A DNA stretch of 43,740 nucleotides from Euryarchaeota archaeon UBA124 (GCA_002502215.1 DAPT01000073.1:68941-112680); one strand, 5' to 3'. Shown: positions 8,957-18,212, numbered from the stretch's first letter. The notes: generated from the letters alone by a model not told the origin. Program-made: numbers and translations.

Positions 8957-10998
8957 AAAGCATACTTCTTGATTGGCGATTTGATGGATTCCCTGGTCGG
9001 GTTCTCTGGGTTGATTTGACTCGGGGGACGACGGAATCCAAGGATATCCCACATGATTGGTTGATTGAATCAATGGGAGGGAAGGGCCTTGCAACCCGAC
9101 TTTTGGTCGAGTGGGATACAACCGATTACGATGCTGCTATGAAATTGAAGCACCCGGTCGCCGATCGAGTTGATGCAGCGCGACATCCCACAAACCCTCT
9201 GCTCTTCATGACTGGTCCATACCAAGCCAGTACAGTCGGTTCCTCAGGCCGAGCGGTCGTTGTTGCTCGCTCACCCTTAACCGATCTCTACATCGATACC
9301 TACATCGGAGGGAACATCGGCCACACCCTGCGTCAAGCAGGATGGGATGGCCTGTTCATTACTGGAGCATCCGAGAATCTCTGCCGACTCGAAGTTGTTG
9401 ACGGTCACGCTAAATTGCATGATGCTCAGGAATTGAAAGGTATGACAACCTGGCAAGTTGAACAAACCTTGGAAGGAAAGGGCGACTGCCTCTCCATTGG
9501 ACCTGCGGGCGAAAGCGGAGTTCGAATCGCAAGCCCGTTGACTGCAGGTCGTCGTGCAGCAGGACGTGGTGGAACCGGAGCAGCTTTCGGATTCAAAAAT
9601 CTGAAAGCTGTTACTGTAAAATCGACCACAAAAGAGACGGTTCGATTTGCCAATGAAGCAACGCTGAAATCCGCTGTCAAAGTGCAACGACAAGAAATGG
9701 GGTTAAGGAGACGGTCAGGCGACCCCTTCTACTCATTTGGGACCAGCAGAGGTCCAATCTATGCATCAGAAAATGGTCGAATGCCGACAGCGAATTACAG
9801 TTCAACAAATGCAACGATTCCTGATTTCTCTGAATTGAAGGTCAGTGGAGGACAAGGTGGCGTCGTTCCCTCCAAAGGAAATCCTGTTAGCATTACAACT
9901 GAACTCGACGCTCACGAACTCTCTGGCGAGCACTGGCACGAATCTCTTCCGGAAGCGAAACAATCCGCTTGTTGCGCACCCTGTCCGATTGCTTGCGAAG
10001 CTGCCGATCGACCGACAATCAATGGCGAGAAAATTCGGAAGCGCCCTGTTCACATCGATCGAGTCGATCGCCCTGAGTACGAAACACTCGCAATGTTGGG
10101 TGCAAACCTCGGACTCACCAGCTCGCTTGATGTTATGGACGGAAACGATGCTTGCAACCGGCTTGGAATTGACACAATTTCAGGTGGCGCTGCCCTATCC
10201 ATAGTTTGCGAGTTGGTCGAACACGGATGGCTTCCCGAAGCATGGGCAGATCATTTCCATGCCCCATTCGATTTTGGTCGATACAAACAAGGTGATGTGG
10301 TTCCGTGGCAATTTGGGGTTCCAGAATTGCCACCCCTTGCTCTTGCAATGTTAGCAAACGCAAAGCCTGGAACATCCAATTTGTTCTCGACACTTACCAG
10401 CGGCGCCGTTGTTTTTGCAGAACACGTTGAACGTGTGACGGGTCATCCAGCAACGCGTCTGACTGCGCACTGCAAAGGCCTTGATCTACCCGCATGGGAC
10501 CCCCGGGGAAAGCGAGGGAACGCAATGGCATACATGACCGCAAATGTTGGTGCTTCCCACATGCGAGCAGGTTACAGGCAACCGACGGGTTTGCCAAACG
10601 AATCAGCGCTAGATCTTATGAAAGAGCTGGTTGAGAGCCAAGAAAGCATCGTTATTCGAGATTCAATGATCTTGTGTGCCTTCGCCAAAGGGGCAACCCC
10701 AAATGCAGTGATGGTCGATGCCTGGAATGCAATTACTGGTGACGATGCAACATGGGATGATTTAATGCAACGAGCAAGTCAACAGTGGAATCTTGCTCGA
10801 ACTTGGAACGTTGAGCATTGGAATCGATTGGGTGTTGAGCCAATGCAGGCTGATTTACTCTCATGGCGGTTACGCAATGAACCAATACCTGCGGGGGTAG
10901 CAGCAGGCATGGTATCGTTTGTCGATGAACAAGACGAGAAAGCCTGCATGCAGGAATACTACGCAATAAGAGGCTGGGATGAGAATGGTAGACCATAA
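8953..10998 (+). CDS. aor: Tungsten-containing aldehyde:ferredoxin oxidoreductase family protein
   Basis: GRVLWVDLT, GGKGL, RSPLT, SIGPAGE, RAAGRGGTGAAFGFKNLKAV, CxxCPIxC Fe-S motif, PEYET, GIDTISGG, DPRG, DSMILC. Start GTG 8953 overlapping the gpmA stop (alternative ATG 8935). Confidence 0.9.
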   Translation: MKSILLDWRFDGFPGRVLWVDLTRGTTESKDIPHDWLIESMGGKGLATRLLVEWDTTDYDAAMKLKHPVADRVDAARHPTNPLLFMTGPYQASTVGSSGRAVVVARSPLTDLYIDTYIGGNIGHTLRQAGWDGLFITGASENLCRLEVVDGHAKLHDAQELKGMTTWQVEQTLEGKGDCLSIGPAGESGVRIASPLTAGRRAAGRGGTGAAFGFKNLKAVTVKSTTKETVRFANEATLKSAVKVQRQEMGLRRRSGDPFYSFGTSRGPIYASENGRMPTANYSSTNATIPDFSELKVSGGQGGVVPSKGNPVSITTELDAHELSGEHWHESLPEAKQSACCAPCPIACEAADRPTINGEKIRKRPVHIDRVDRPEYETLAMLGANLGLTSSLDVMDGNDACNRLGIDTISGGAALSIVCELVEHGWLPEAWADHFHAPFDFGRYKQGDVVPWQFGVPELPPLALAMLANAKPGTSNLFSTLTSGAVVFAEHVERVTGHPATRLTAHCKGLDLPAWDPRGKRGNAMAYMTANVGASHMRAGYRQPTGLPNESALDLMKELVESQESIVIRDSMILCAFAKGATPNAVMVDAWNAITGDDATWDDLMQRASQQWNLARTWNVEHWNRLGVEPMQADLLSWRLRNEPIPAGVAAGMVSFVDEQDEKACMQEYYAIRGWDENGRP

Positions 10999-11010
10999 TC
11001 GGGTTTTTGT

Positions 11011-11487
11011 ATGAATCCAAAGTTGACGAAAGCCATCCTTCTCGTTGTTCTCTTGGCATCGCCTTGGTTGTTTGTTCAAGGATGGATTTTTGTTGCTGCT
11101 CAAGATGAGCCAATCGCCTCAATGGAAACCTGTTCGGAGACCAGTGCAAACTGCGCTCATCTTGGTGGAGGCATGGATTATCGCATGGAATCTTTACCTA
11201 CCATTCTTGAGCGTTCTATGGAAGATGTTCGCTCAGACCTCTCAGCGTACGTAACCGATTGCAATTGTGATGTTTTAGCAGAAGAGGAGACAGATTCAGG
11301 ATATTATCTTCATTTTGTTGAGCATACATCCTTCTGGTTGTTTCCTGATGACGTGCTCATTTCCATCGAAATAGTTGGTCAGAATACTGTAAGAATTGAA
11401 CTTCATTCCGAGTCACGCTTGGGTCTAGGTGACTTGGGCGTTAATCCTGAGCGACTTGAACGAATTCATGATCAACTCGATGCTTGA
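11011..11487 (+). CDS. DUF1499 family protein
   Basis: N-terminal TM; C-x5-NC motif; FWLFPDDV; SESRLGLGDLGVNPERL matches the family's SxSRxGxxDxGVN motif. Confidence 0.85.
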   Translation: MNPKLTKAILLVVLLASPWLFVQGWIFVAAQDEPIASMETCSETSANCAHLGGGMDYRMESLPTILERSMEDVRSDLSAYVTDCNCDVLAEEETDSGYYLHFVEHTSFWLFPDDVLISIEIVGQNTVRIELHSESRLGLGDLGVNPERLERIHDQLDA

Positions 11488-12212
11488 ATCAAGTCATCCC
11501 AGCCGTATGGGTAACCACTCTCATCAATGAGAAGGACATTAACACCGAGTCCTGATTTGTGGAAGGCAATCAGTTGAATATCGTGAATTGCATGACCGGT
11601 AGGAGCAATACCAAGAATTGGAAGCTGTTTTTGAGAAAACCATGAGCGTTTTGTTTTCACTGCATGGTCTGTACCAAGACTTCGGCGTGTACCATCAACA
11701 TCATCGAACCATGGGAGTGGGCCTTCTGGTGAGAATCGCAATCCAAGAATCATATCAACCCCGGTTGTTTCTTGTGCAGCGTCTGTGTCTGCTCCACTCG
11801 GAATCGCAGGTGCATTCGGATGTGTATGCAGCCAATGTGTGAAACGGCCTGCTCTTGAACCGCGCTGTCCGGAGAACAAATCATCGGTCCACTCTTCAGG
11901 AAGGTGATGAACTGAATAGGAATCTCCGCGATTAACGACGTGCGCTTCTTTGACGACGTAACCTTGACCTCCGAATAGATTTGAAACACATTCCTGCCCT
12001 TCGAACGCAGACTCGACTTCTTCGATGTTCTTTCTGTCGGCATTCACGTCTAAGCCCACAAGAATTTCATCAGGAAGCGATTGAAGGGCCCAGATAACGA
12101 GATCTCGAAAAAGAGGGCCTGGTATATGCAATTGTGCTGCATAGGCATGCCGCATCGAATACGATTCAGCGTTGTATGAACGCATCGCTTCAACCAACCA
12201 AGACTCGACCAC
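11472..12212 (-). CDS. JAMM/MPN+ (Mov34) metalloprotease
   Basis: Catalytic E in PDEILVG and HTHPNAPAIPSGAD (HxH-x7-S-x2-D). Confidence 0.85.
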   Translation of the reverse strand: MVESWLVEAMRSYNAESYSMRHAYAAQLHIPGPLFRDLVIWALQSLPDEILVGLDVNADRKNIEEVESAFEGQECVSNLFGGQGYVVKEAHVVNRGDSYSVHHLPEEWTDDLFSGQRGSRAGRFTHWLHTHPNAPAIPSGADTDAAQETTGVDMILGLRFSPEGPLPWFDDVDGTRRSLGTDHAVKTKRSWFSQKQLPILGIAPTGHAIHDIQLIAFHKSGLGVNVLLIDESGYPYGWDDLIQASS

Positions 12213-12231
12213 AACAATGCCACTGCATCAT

Positions 12232-12243
12232 CCTTCATGAAGG
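12232..12243. promoter_or_regulatory. 12-bp perfect palindrome in the divergent JAMM / acidic-protein intergenic region
   Basis: CCTTCATGAAGG, located 20-31 nt upstream of the JAMM GTG, where its TATA-like element is expected. Confidence 0.35.
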
Positions 12244-12291
12244 GGCGGTTGAAGGAGAATCCTTGAAAACACAGGAGACCAAGCGCACCGC

Positions 12292-13014
12292 ATGGCGAAG
12301 AAGAAGCGAGGTGGGTTTAGCCGATTCATCGGCGCTCTCACCGGAACGCCATACGAACGCCTTCTCAAGCAAGTTGAGAAACTTGCAAACGAGCATGCTG
12401 ATGATGAGCGGAAACTCGCAAAAGCACTCAAAAAATTGGTTGACGTGGTTGGAACTGCTTACGAGGAAGAGGAGATTGATGAAGATGAACACGATCTTGT
12501 CATCGAAGCAATCGAAGAGGCAGATCCAAAAGCTCGTTCATTCCCAAAATTTGCTGAAGAGGATGCGTTCTATGCAAACGACGCTCCCGATGCACCTGAA
12601 CTAAAACTCGGTAAGAGAAAGAACTTGGACGAGCTGATGATGTCCTCTGGAAAGGAATTCACGGGGAGCTTTGGTCGCAATGAGTTTGATGAATTCAAGG
12701 CTCGCATGAGTGATGATTTCTATGCGGATTCGGATGAAGCAATCCAAGCAGGCGACCATCAGGCCACAATCCGAACTGAAAATCGGGTCTTTGCGGATGA
12801 AGAAGATGATTTGGAAAATGTCAAGTCAATGATCTCTCAAGAATCCGGTCTTTCTGAGCCAACCTCAGTTGAAGAAGCGGAAGAAGAATCCTTTGAGGAC
12901 GATGAAAACTATTCCATTGATGAGGATGGAACCGAATGGTTCCAAGACGATGACGGTTACTGGTGGTACCGTGAAGACGGTCAAACCGACTGGCAACCTT
13001 ACGATGAGGATTGA
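12292..13014 (+). CDS. Soluble acidic protein with C-terminal Trp-rich module
   Basis: Basic, amphipathic N-terminus (MAKKKRGGFSRFIGALTG); very D/E-rich; ends IDEDGTEWFQDDDGYWWYREDGQTDWQPY. Confidence 0.85.
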   Translation: MAKKKRGGFSRFIGALTGTPYERLLKQVEKLANEHADDERKLAKALKKLVDVVGTAYEEEEIDEDEHDLVIEAIEEADPKARSFPKFAEEDAFYANDAPDAPELKLGKRKNLDELMMSSGKEFTGSFGRNEFDEFKARMSDDFYADSDEAIQAGDHQATIRTENRVFADEEDDLENVKSMISQESGLSEPTSVEEAEEESFEDDENYSIDEDGTEWFQDDDGYWWYREDGQTDWQPYDED

Positions 13015-13021
13015 GTTTCAA

Positions 13022-13363
13022 CTACTTCGGCCAGATTTCTAAGTCTGCAAGTTGAAACTTCACAACGCCAAGATCTGCACCGAGCAGAACCATGTCTTTG
13101 TTTCTACTCGTTTCGCTCGACATGGCAATAATGGTTTGCGGTCGATTAACGTCGGAGGATAGCAAGGATTCCAACACCTGAAGACCGGTTTCCGGAGGCA
13201 TGTAGTGGTCCAATAACAACACATCGGGAGTGAACCCCTGGATGTGATTGAGGGCCTCATTTGAGTTCCAGTATTGTTTGATGACAAGTTCGCTGACTTT
13301 GACACCGCCGGCTGTCAGTATAGATTCAATGTCGTAATGGTCCTCAAAGGCCAGCACGCGCAT
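13022..13363 (-). CDS. Stand-alone response regulator receiver domain
   Basis: VLAFED, PDVLLLDHYMP (phosphoacceptor D), IIAMSS, GADxxVVK; GAGGTG SD upstream. Confidence 0.85.
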   Translation of the reverse strand: MRVLAFEDHYDIESILTAGGVKVSELVIKQYWNSNEALNHIQGFTPDVLLLDHYMPPETGLQVLESLLSSDVNRPQTIIAMSSETSRNKDMVLLGADLGVVKFQLADLEIWPK

Positions 13364-13372
13364 GAATGCACC

Positions 13373-15244
13373 TCATTCTGGGATATCTTGTTGTTCCCAC
13401 CAAGGTGGTGCGAGGAACCATGCCTCATGATTGGGAGGACGATCAATTAGAGGTAACCCGATTGTACCTCCATCAATGGAAAGTCCACCAAGCGGATTGG
13501 TTGCACATGGCCCTGGAAGGTAATCTTCTCCATTCTCAGTCAACTCGATTCGTAGTGAGTTTCCTGCTGGAACGATAACATCGAGCGGGTTGAATTCGAT
13601 CAGCATGGTGTATGAAGAAAATGGAGCGGCTGGATTCGCATTGTATCCTCCGTCTCGATAGCGTAAGTCCATTGTTGCGTGTCCAAGTCGAAGATCGAGT
13701 GTATCATCGTACAGTGTTGCGAAAATCTGTCCCCCGTTGCAGGCTTGTGTCGAGACATCAAGGTGCAATGTTGGAAGGCCAGAGATATGCAAACCATTCT
13801 CGTAAACTTCACTTGCTAGCGTCACAGAACCACCCAATCCATTTACAACTCCACTGCCACTCCACTCGGTCCCGATGGACTCAAGCTGCCACATCATGTC
13901 CTCTGGCGGCCATGTTTCTTCCACGTGCCATTGCCCGTCATGAGTTTGAATCTGTACCATTGGCTCGGGCTCTTCACCGACGTCCTTGAGATAGTATTGG
14001 AACCATCCAAACAATTCAACGGCCCAATCCATGCGGCTCATGTTTGGATAGGCCTCACCTCCATAACCACTGCCGAGTTCACTATGTCGGTCAGGTTGGT
14101 CAGGATAATTGTGAGCCCACTGGCCAGCGATGGCTCGCGCGTTAATTCCAGCATCTCGCATTAATTGGTAGGTTGGGAAGGCATGGTAAGGATCGACGTT
14201 CCAATCTTGAAGCCCCCACACAAGATACACGCTTCCCTGATAATTTTCCAAGACGTCGGGAAGGTGGCGGCGTTCATCCCAGTAGTCGTTCCATTCAGCA
14301 CCACCGAACTCAGCGAAGGCATAGGTAGACCACGGGTTGAGTGGGCCAACTAAATCATCTGAACAAACACGTAAATCGTCGGTTGTTAAATCCGATGTAG
14401 CCGCTTGATATGCGGCGTCGTACCCCATTGCCCGTGCTTCAGATGATCCATTTCGATAGAACATTTCTTGAACACCAATCGATCCCGAAATTGGGACGAT
14501 TGTCTTTAGATGTTCACTCGGTTGTTGAGCCGCTTCCCAATTGGTTGTTCCAGCGTAGGATTTACCCATTAAGCCAACATTTCCGTTCGACCAATTTTGT
14601 TGCCCCAACCAATCAACAACAGCCTGAATACCCACCTGCTCACCAAGGCCTTTGACATCTTGACAGTGCGTGGACTGCCCGGTTCCAAACGTACTCGCCT
14701 GGGCCAATGCGTATCCATGCGGAACAAATGTATCGTACACCCACTGACCAACACCTCCATCTGGGATTGTGTTTGGATTTGAATCAGCACCGACGCCTGG
14801 CATACCTTCACCGCCGAAGTCATAGTATGGGTGGATGGTCATAATCACAGGCACTTTGACCCCATCTTCAACATCAGGCAACCACAAAGCAACGTGCATT
14901 TTTGCATCGTCAGGGTAACCTACATCTTGCTCTGAGGCTGGTAAATCCACTGAGATGAAATGTTCTGTGTACGGTAGAACACCGTAGGTGCCGTTCTCTG
15001 GGAGTTGGGCTCGCATGGTTTCCATGGGCAAATCCATCATGTAACGCTGATTAAGTGGTACATCCCACCAATCATAGACGCCCTCTACATCATTTTCTCC
15101 CGATAGTGCGTTACCGAACGACATTGATAGGAACAAGAAGACAACACAAAATGCTGCCGTAGCATAAAGCGAGATGTTGAGTTGGTTTTTGTTTCGGTCC
15201 GCTGACGAATCGAAGATCTCTGCTTCGAGGACATCGTCAGCCAT
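13373..15244 (-). CDS. CocE/NonD family (X-Pro dipeptidyl peptidase-like, S15) serine hydrolase, N-terminally membrane anchored
   Basis: PVIMTIHPY, GTGQS, WSNGNVGLMGKSYAG nucleophile motif, GLQDWNV, GQWAH; N-terminal TM. Start could be 15244, 15250 or 15259. Confidence 0.9.
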   Translation of the reverse strand: MADDVLEAEIFDSSADRNKNQLNISLYATAAFCVVFLFLSMSFGNALSGENDVEGVYDWWDVPLNQRYMMDLPMETMRAQLPENGTYGVLPYTEHFISVDLPASEQDVGYPDDAKMHVALWLPDVEDGVKVPVIMTIHPYYDFGGEGMPGVGADSNPNTIPDGGVGQWVYDTFVPHGYALAQASTFGTGQSTHCQDVKGLGEQVGIQAVVDWLGQQNWSNGNVGLMGKSYAGTTNWEAAQQPSEHLKTIVPISGSIGVQEMFYRNGSSEARAMGYDAAYQAATSDLTTDDLRVCSDDLVGPLNPWSTYAFAEFGGAEWNDYWDERRHLPDVLENYQGSVYLVWGLQDWNVDPYHAFPTYQLMRDAGINARAIAGQWAHNYPDQPDRHSELGSGYGGEAYPNMSRMDWAVELFGWFQYYLKDVGEEPEPMVQIQTHDGQWHVEETWPPEDMMWQLESIGTEWSGSGVVNGLGGSVTLASEVYENGLHISGLPTLHLDVSTQACNGGQIFATLYDDTLDLRLGHATMDLRYRDGGYNANPAAPFSSYTMLIEFNPLDVIVPAGNSLRIELTENGEDYLPGPCATNPLGGLSIDGGTIGLPLIDRPPNHEAWFLAPPWWEQQDIPE

Positions 15245-15283
15245 AACCATCCCAAACACTCGATATTGAAGAGTGTGGCGCTT

Positions 15284-16171
15284 TCATGCTAATGCAAATT
15301 CGGTGGGAACGCTCTGCTCCCAGACATATTCTCCTTGATTGTTAAGGCCAAGATTTTCAAAAATTTCAGGAGTGCAGTGAACTCCAAATTCCCCTTTCAG
15401 ACGCGCCCTTGGTGCAAGGGTCGCAATACGAGCAAATCCCTTTTGCCAAAGTGCTAGCGAGGTAATTGCATCCTGTGAGGTAGGGACTGTCCGTTTCAAC
15501 CGAGGCCCGAACGGGGGAGGGTATTCGTAACCCTGCGGTAACAGAAGTTTCCCTTGACGCGTTGGACGCTGCGTAACGTATCGAGGTTTCATGAACTTCC
15601 TTCGAATCGCTCTCCATTTTTTCTTTTGATAGGAGACTCCTGTCAAATATTTGGCTTCATAATCATAGAGGGTCTCTTTGATTTCATTCCAAACTTCAAC
15701 ATCCATGCAATAGGTGACCGAATGCGTATGCGTTGCTTCGACAAGATGAAGGTGATTTTCAGTCACATTTTCCTTTGGCAAATTCCAAACCTGGGTCATG
15801 CCAATGTCGTCGTACTGTCTTGCCCAATCTGCAAGGTTGAGACTTGTTTTGATGAAATTAGGGCCGGGAACTAGATCATCTTCCACGAGAATCACGCGGT
15901 CATAGCCCAATTTATCGTACAAATCTCTGCGAGCACCAATGAGATTTCGACCAACTCCATAATTTTCTTCGCGCAAAATAATCTCTTGATGTTCTAATTT
16001 TGATTCTTTGATGTGAGCAAGAAGTTCCTGTTGTTTGGATTCGGCTCCTCCGTCGATGTAGTGGTAAACATCGATGTTTTCCAAATCATCTTCGTTCTGT
16101 TCAAGGCCTTTGAGGACCTCGAGAAACAAGTCGGGTCGATTGTAACTTGCAGTGAATAATGCAGTCCTCAT
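15284..16171 (-). CDS. GT-A fold glycosyltransferase
   Basis: ASYNRP, YIDG, ENYGV, VILVEDD motifs. Confidence 0.8.
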   Translation of the reverse strand: MRTALFTASYNRPDLFLEVLKGLEQNEDDLENIDVYHYIDGGAESKQQELLAHIKESKLEHQEIILREENYGVGRNLIGARRDLYDKLGYDRVILVEDDLVPGPNFIKTSLNLADWARQYDDIGMTQVWNLPKENVTENHLHLVEATHTHSVTYCMDVEVWNEIKETLYDYEAKYLTGVSYQKKKWRAIRRKFMKPRYVTQRPTRQGKLLLPQGYEYPPPFGPRLKRTVPTSQDAITSLALWQKGFARIATLAPRARLKGEFGVHCTPEIFENLGLNNQGEYVWEQSVPTEFALA

Positions 16172-16280
16172 CCCAAGTTACTCCTCGATTTTTGCATCTG
16201 AACAAACTAAAAAAAGTCTTGCTCAAAGTTGAACCCCCTGAATTGGATATACGCTGTCGATGCTTGCAAGGAAATTCCTC

Positions 16281-16286
16281 TTTAAG
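16281..16286 (+). promoter_or_regulatory. Putative TATA box for the fcl-like operon
   Basis: TTTAAG 27 nt upstream of ATG 16308. Confidence 0.5.
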
Positions 16287-16307
16287 CCTGAGCGAGTGGG
16301 ATTGCAT

Positions 16308-17228
16308 ATGGCCACCATCCTTGTGACCGGAGCTTCAGGAATGCTTGGCCAGCATCTTGTTCCAATGCTCAAAAACAAGGGACACAGCGTTCTAACGCCC
16401 TCTCGGCATGAACTTGACCTTTCAGATGCTTATGCAACGTCAGAGTACATTGAGTCCAATCTACCGAATTTTGTCGTCCATTGCGCAGCGTTCGTTGCAG
16501 GAATTGCCTCGAGTAAAACCATCAAACATCACTCGCTTGACCAAAATATATCCATGGGATTAAACCTTATTCGAGCATGTGTAAAGCATGGAGTAGCGAA
16601 CATGATCAATGTTGGTAGTGCAACTGTTTATCCAAACGAAGCACCTCAACCACTCTCAGAATCTTCGATTGGAGATGGCCCGCTTGAAGGTCCGATTGAA
16701 GGATACGCATTGTCGAAATACGTTGTCTACCGAGCATGCGAGATGGCAAACGAACAGCACAGTGTGTCATTTAAGACGATTCTTCCCTGCAATCTCTTTG
16801 GCCCATACGACAATTTTTCACTCGAAACGGGCCACATGCTTCCCGCAATCCTGCACAGAATGCATCAGGCAAAGCAGAACGATGATGCTCAAGTTACAAT
16901 TTGGGGCGATGGTACGGCTAAGCGAGAATTCCTCTATGCGCCTGATTTAGCAGATTTCATATGTTTTGCAATTGACAATTTTGAAGAATTACCAGGAGTG
17001 ATGAACGTAGGTTCAGGCCTAGAGATTAGCGTCAATGCAATGCACAAGCATATGGCGAAGGTAATTGGATACTCAGGGGAATTTGAACACGATTTGAGCA
17101 AACCGGTTGGCCGTTTACGCCGATGTCTCGACCTACGCTATCAAGAAACCCTTGGTTGGTCTCCGAAAACGGCGTTTCAAGATGCGCTTGAATTGACCTA
17201 CGACGACATGCGGAGGTCATTGGAATGA
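16308..17228 (+). CDS. fcl: GDP-L-fucose synthase-like NAD(P)-dependent epimerase/reductase
   Basis: ILVTGASGMLG, HCAAFVAGI, YALSK (YxxxK), PCNLFGPYDNF, GHMLPA, WGDGTAKREFLY. Confidence 0.8.
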   Translation: MATILVTGASGMLGQHLVPMLKNKGHSVLTPSRHELDLSDAYATSEYIESNLPNFVVHCAAFVAGIASSKTIKHHSLDQNISMGLNLIRACVKHGVANMINVGSATVYPNEAPQPLSESSIGDGPLEGPIEGYALSKYVVYRACEMANEQHSVSFKTILPCNLFGPYDNFSLETGHMLPAILHRMHQAKQNDDAQVTIWGDGTAKREFLYAPDLADFICFAIDNFEELPGVMNVGSGLEISVNAMHKHMAKVIGYSGEFEHDLSKPVGRLRRCLDLRYQETLGWSPKTAFQDALELTYDDMRRSLE

Positions 17229-18160
17229 AAGGTGGTTCAACCGGGAATCTCGCAGCCAAGTTACTTCCAGGCGGAGTCCATCCGTGGCATGCTTTTGATG
17301 AATCAAAGGCAGGCTATTACAGCCAACTCCAACTCAAACGATGTGTCGAAGACCGCAACCCTATCCTTCCAATCATGGAAGACAAATATCGATCAAGAGA
17401 ACTTGTGCTCACAAAAAACGTATGTCACCTGACTGAACTGTACCACTGGTCTGAGGAGGTTGAAATCGATTGGGATAATTTACCTGAACGTTGCGTCATC
17501 AAGACCAACCACTGGTCGGGTGATGCATTATTTATCCTGGACAACGGACCAGAACCACTCGCAAACATTCCTCGAAAATTTCGTATTTTTTCAAGAACAG
17601 ATAATCGATATCGTGTAATTCGAAACTGGCGTGACCAGAATGGCAAACCTTGGCCGAAGTGGCGAATTGAGCGTTCACTCCGCTGGTGCTTGCGACAAGC
17701 ATTCCCTGTTCCCCTCGAGTGGGGGGCTGCGAACATCAAACCCCGAGGCGTGATGATTGAAGAACTGCTCACCGACAACAATGCGTTACCCAACGATTGG
17801 AAAGTCCATGTTTTTCATGGAAAGGCAGGATTCATCCAATACGATACGGGGCGTATGACTTCTCATTCTCAATCCATTTACTCACTTGATGGGCAACGCA
17901 TTCAACAAACAAACGGACGATGGAGCGAAGAGCATACACCGGATGAGATTGTTTCCATTCTCGGAAAAGATGGCATCGATGAACTCGTCCATATTGCGGA
18001 ACGTTTGGCTGAAGACATTGATTATTCACGCGTGGATCTCTTTTTGGCCGATGGAAAATGGTATTTCGGGGAGTATACCAATTACCACAACTCCTGCCAT
18101 CCACAGTCCATTGAATGGGAGAAGCTTGGTGGTGCATTGTGGTCAAACACTGAACACTAA
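17225..18160 (+). CDS. TupA-like ATP-grasp amidoligase
   Basis: DKYRSR, VIKTNHWSG, IEELL, DWKVHVFHGK, RVDLF, YFGEYT; ATGA overlap with fcl. Confidence 0.8.
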   Translation: MKGGSTGNLAAKLLPGGVHPWHAFDESKAGYYSQLQLKRCVEDRNPILPIMEDKYRSRELVLTKNVCHLTELYHWSEEVEIDWDNLPERCVIKTNHWSGDALFILDNGPEPLANIPRKFRIFSRTDNRYRVIRNWRDQNGKPWPKWRIERSLRWCLRQAFPVPLEWGAANIKPRGVMIEELLTDNNALPNDWKVHVFHGKAGFIQYDTGRMTSHSQSIYSLDGQRIQQTNGRWSEEHTPDEIVSILGKDGIDELVHIAERLAEDIDYSRVDLFLADGKWYFGEYTNYHNSCHPQSIEWEKLGGALWSNTEH

Positions 18161-18200
18161 ATTTCGATACATTCAAAACCATCGGGCCTGAGGAAATTAC

Positions 18201-18207
18201 GGAGGGG
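18201..18207 (+). promoter_or_regulatory. Strong Shine-Dalgarno motif
   Basis: GGAGGGG 5 nt upstream of in-frame CTG 18213 of the aminotransferase. Confidence 0.55.
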
Positions 18208-18212
18208 TTATT

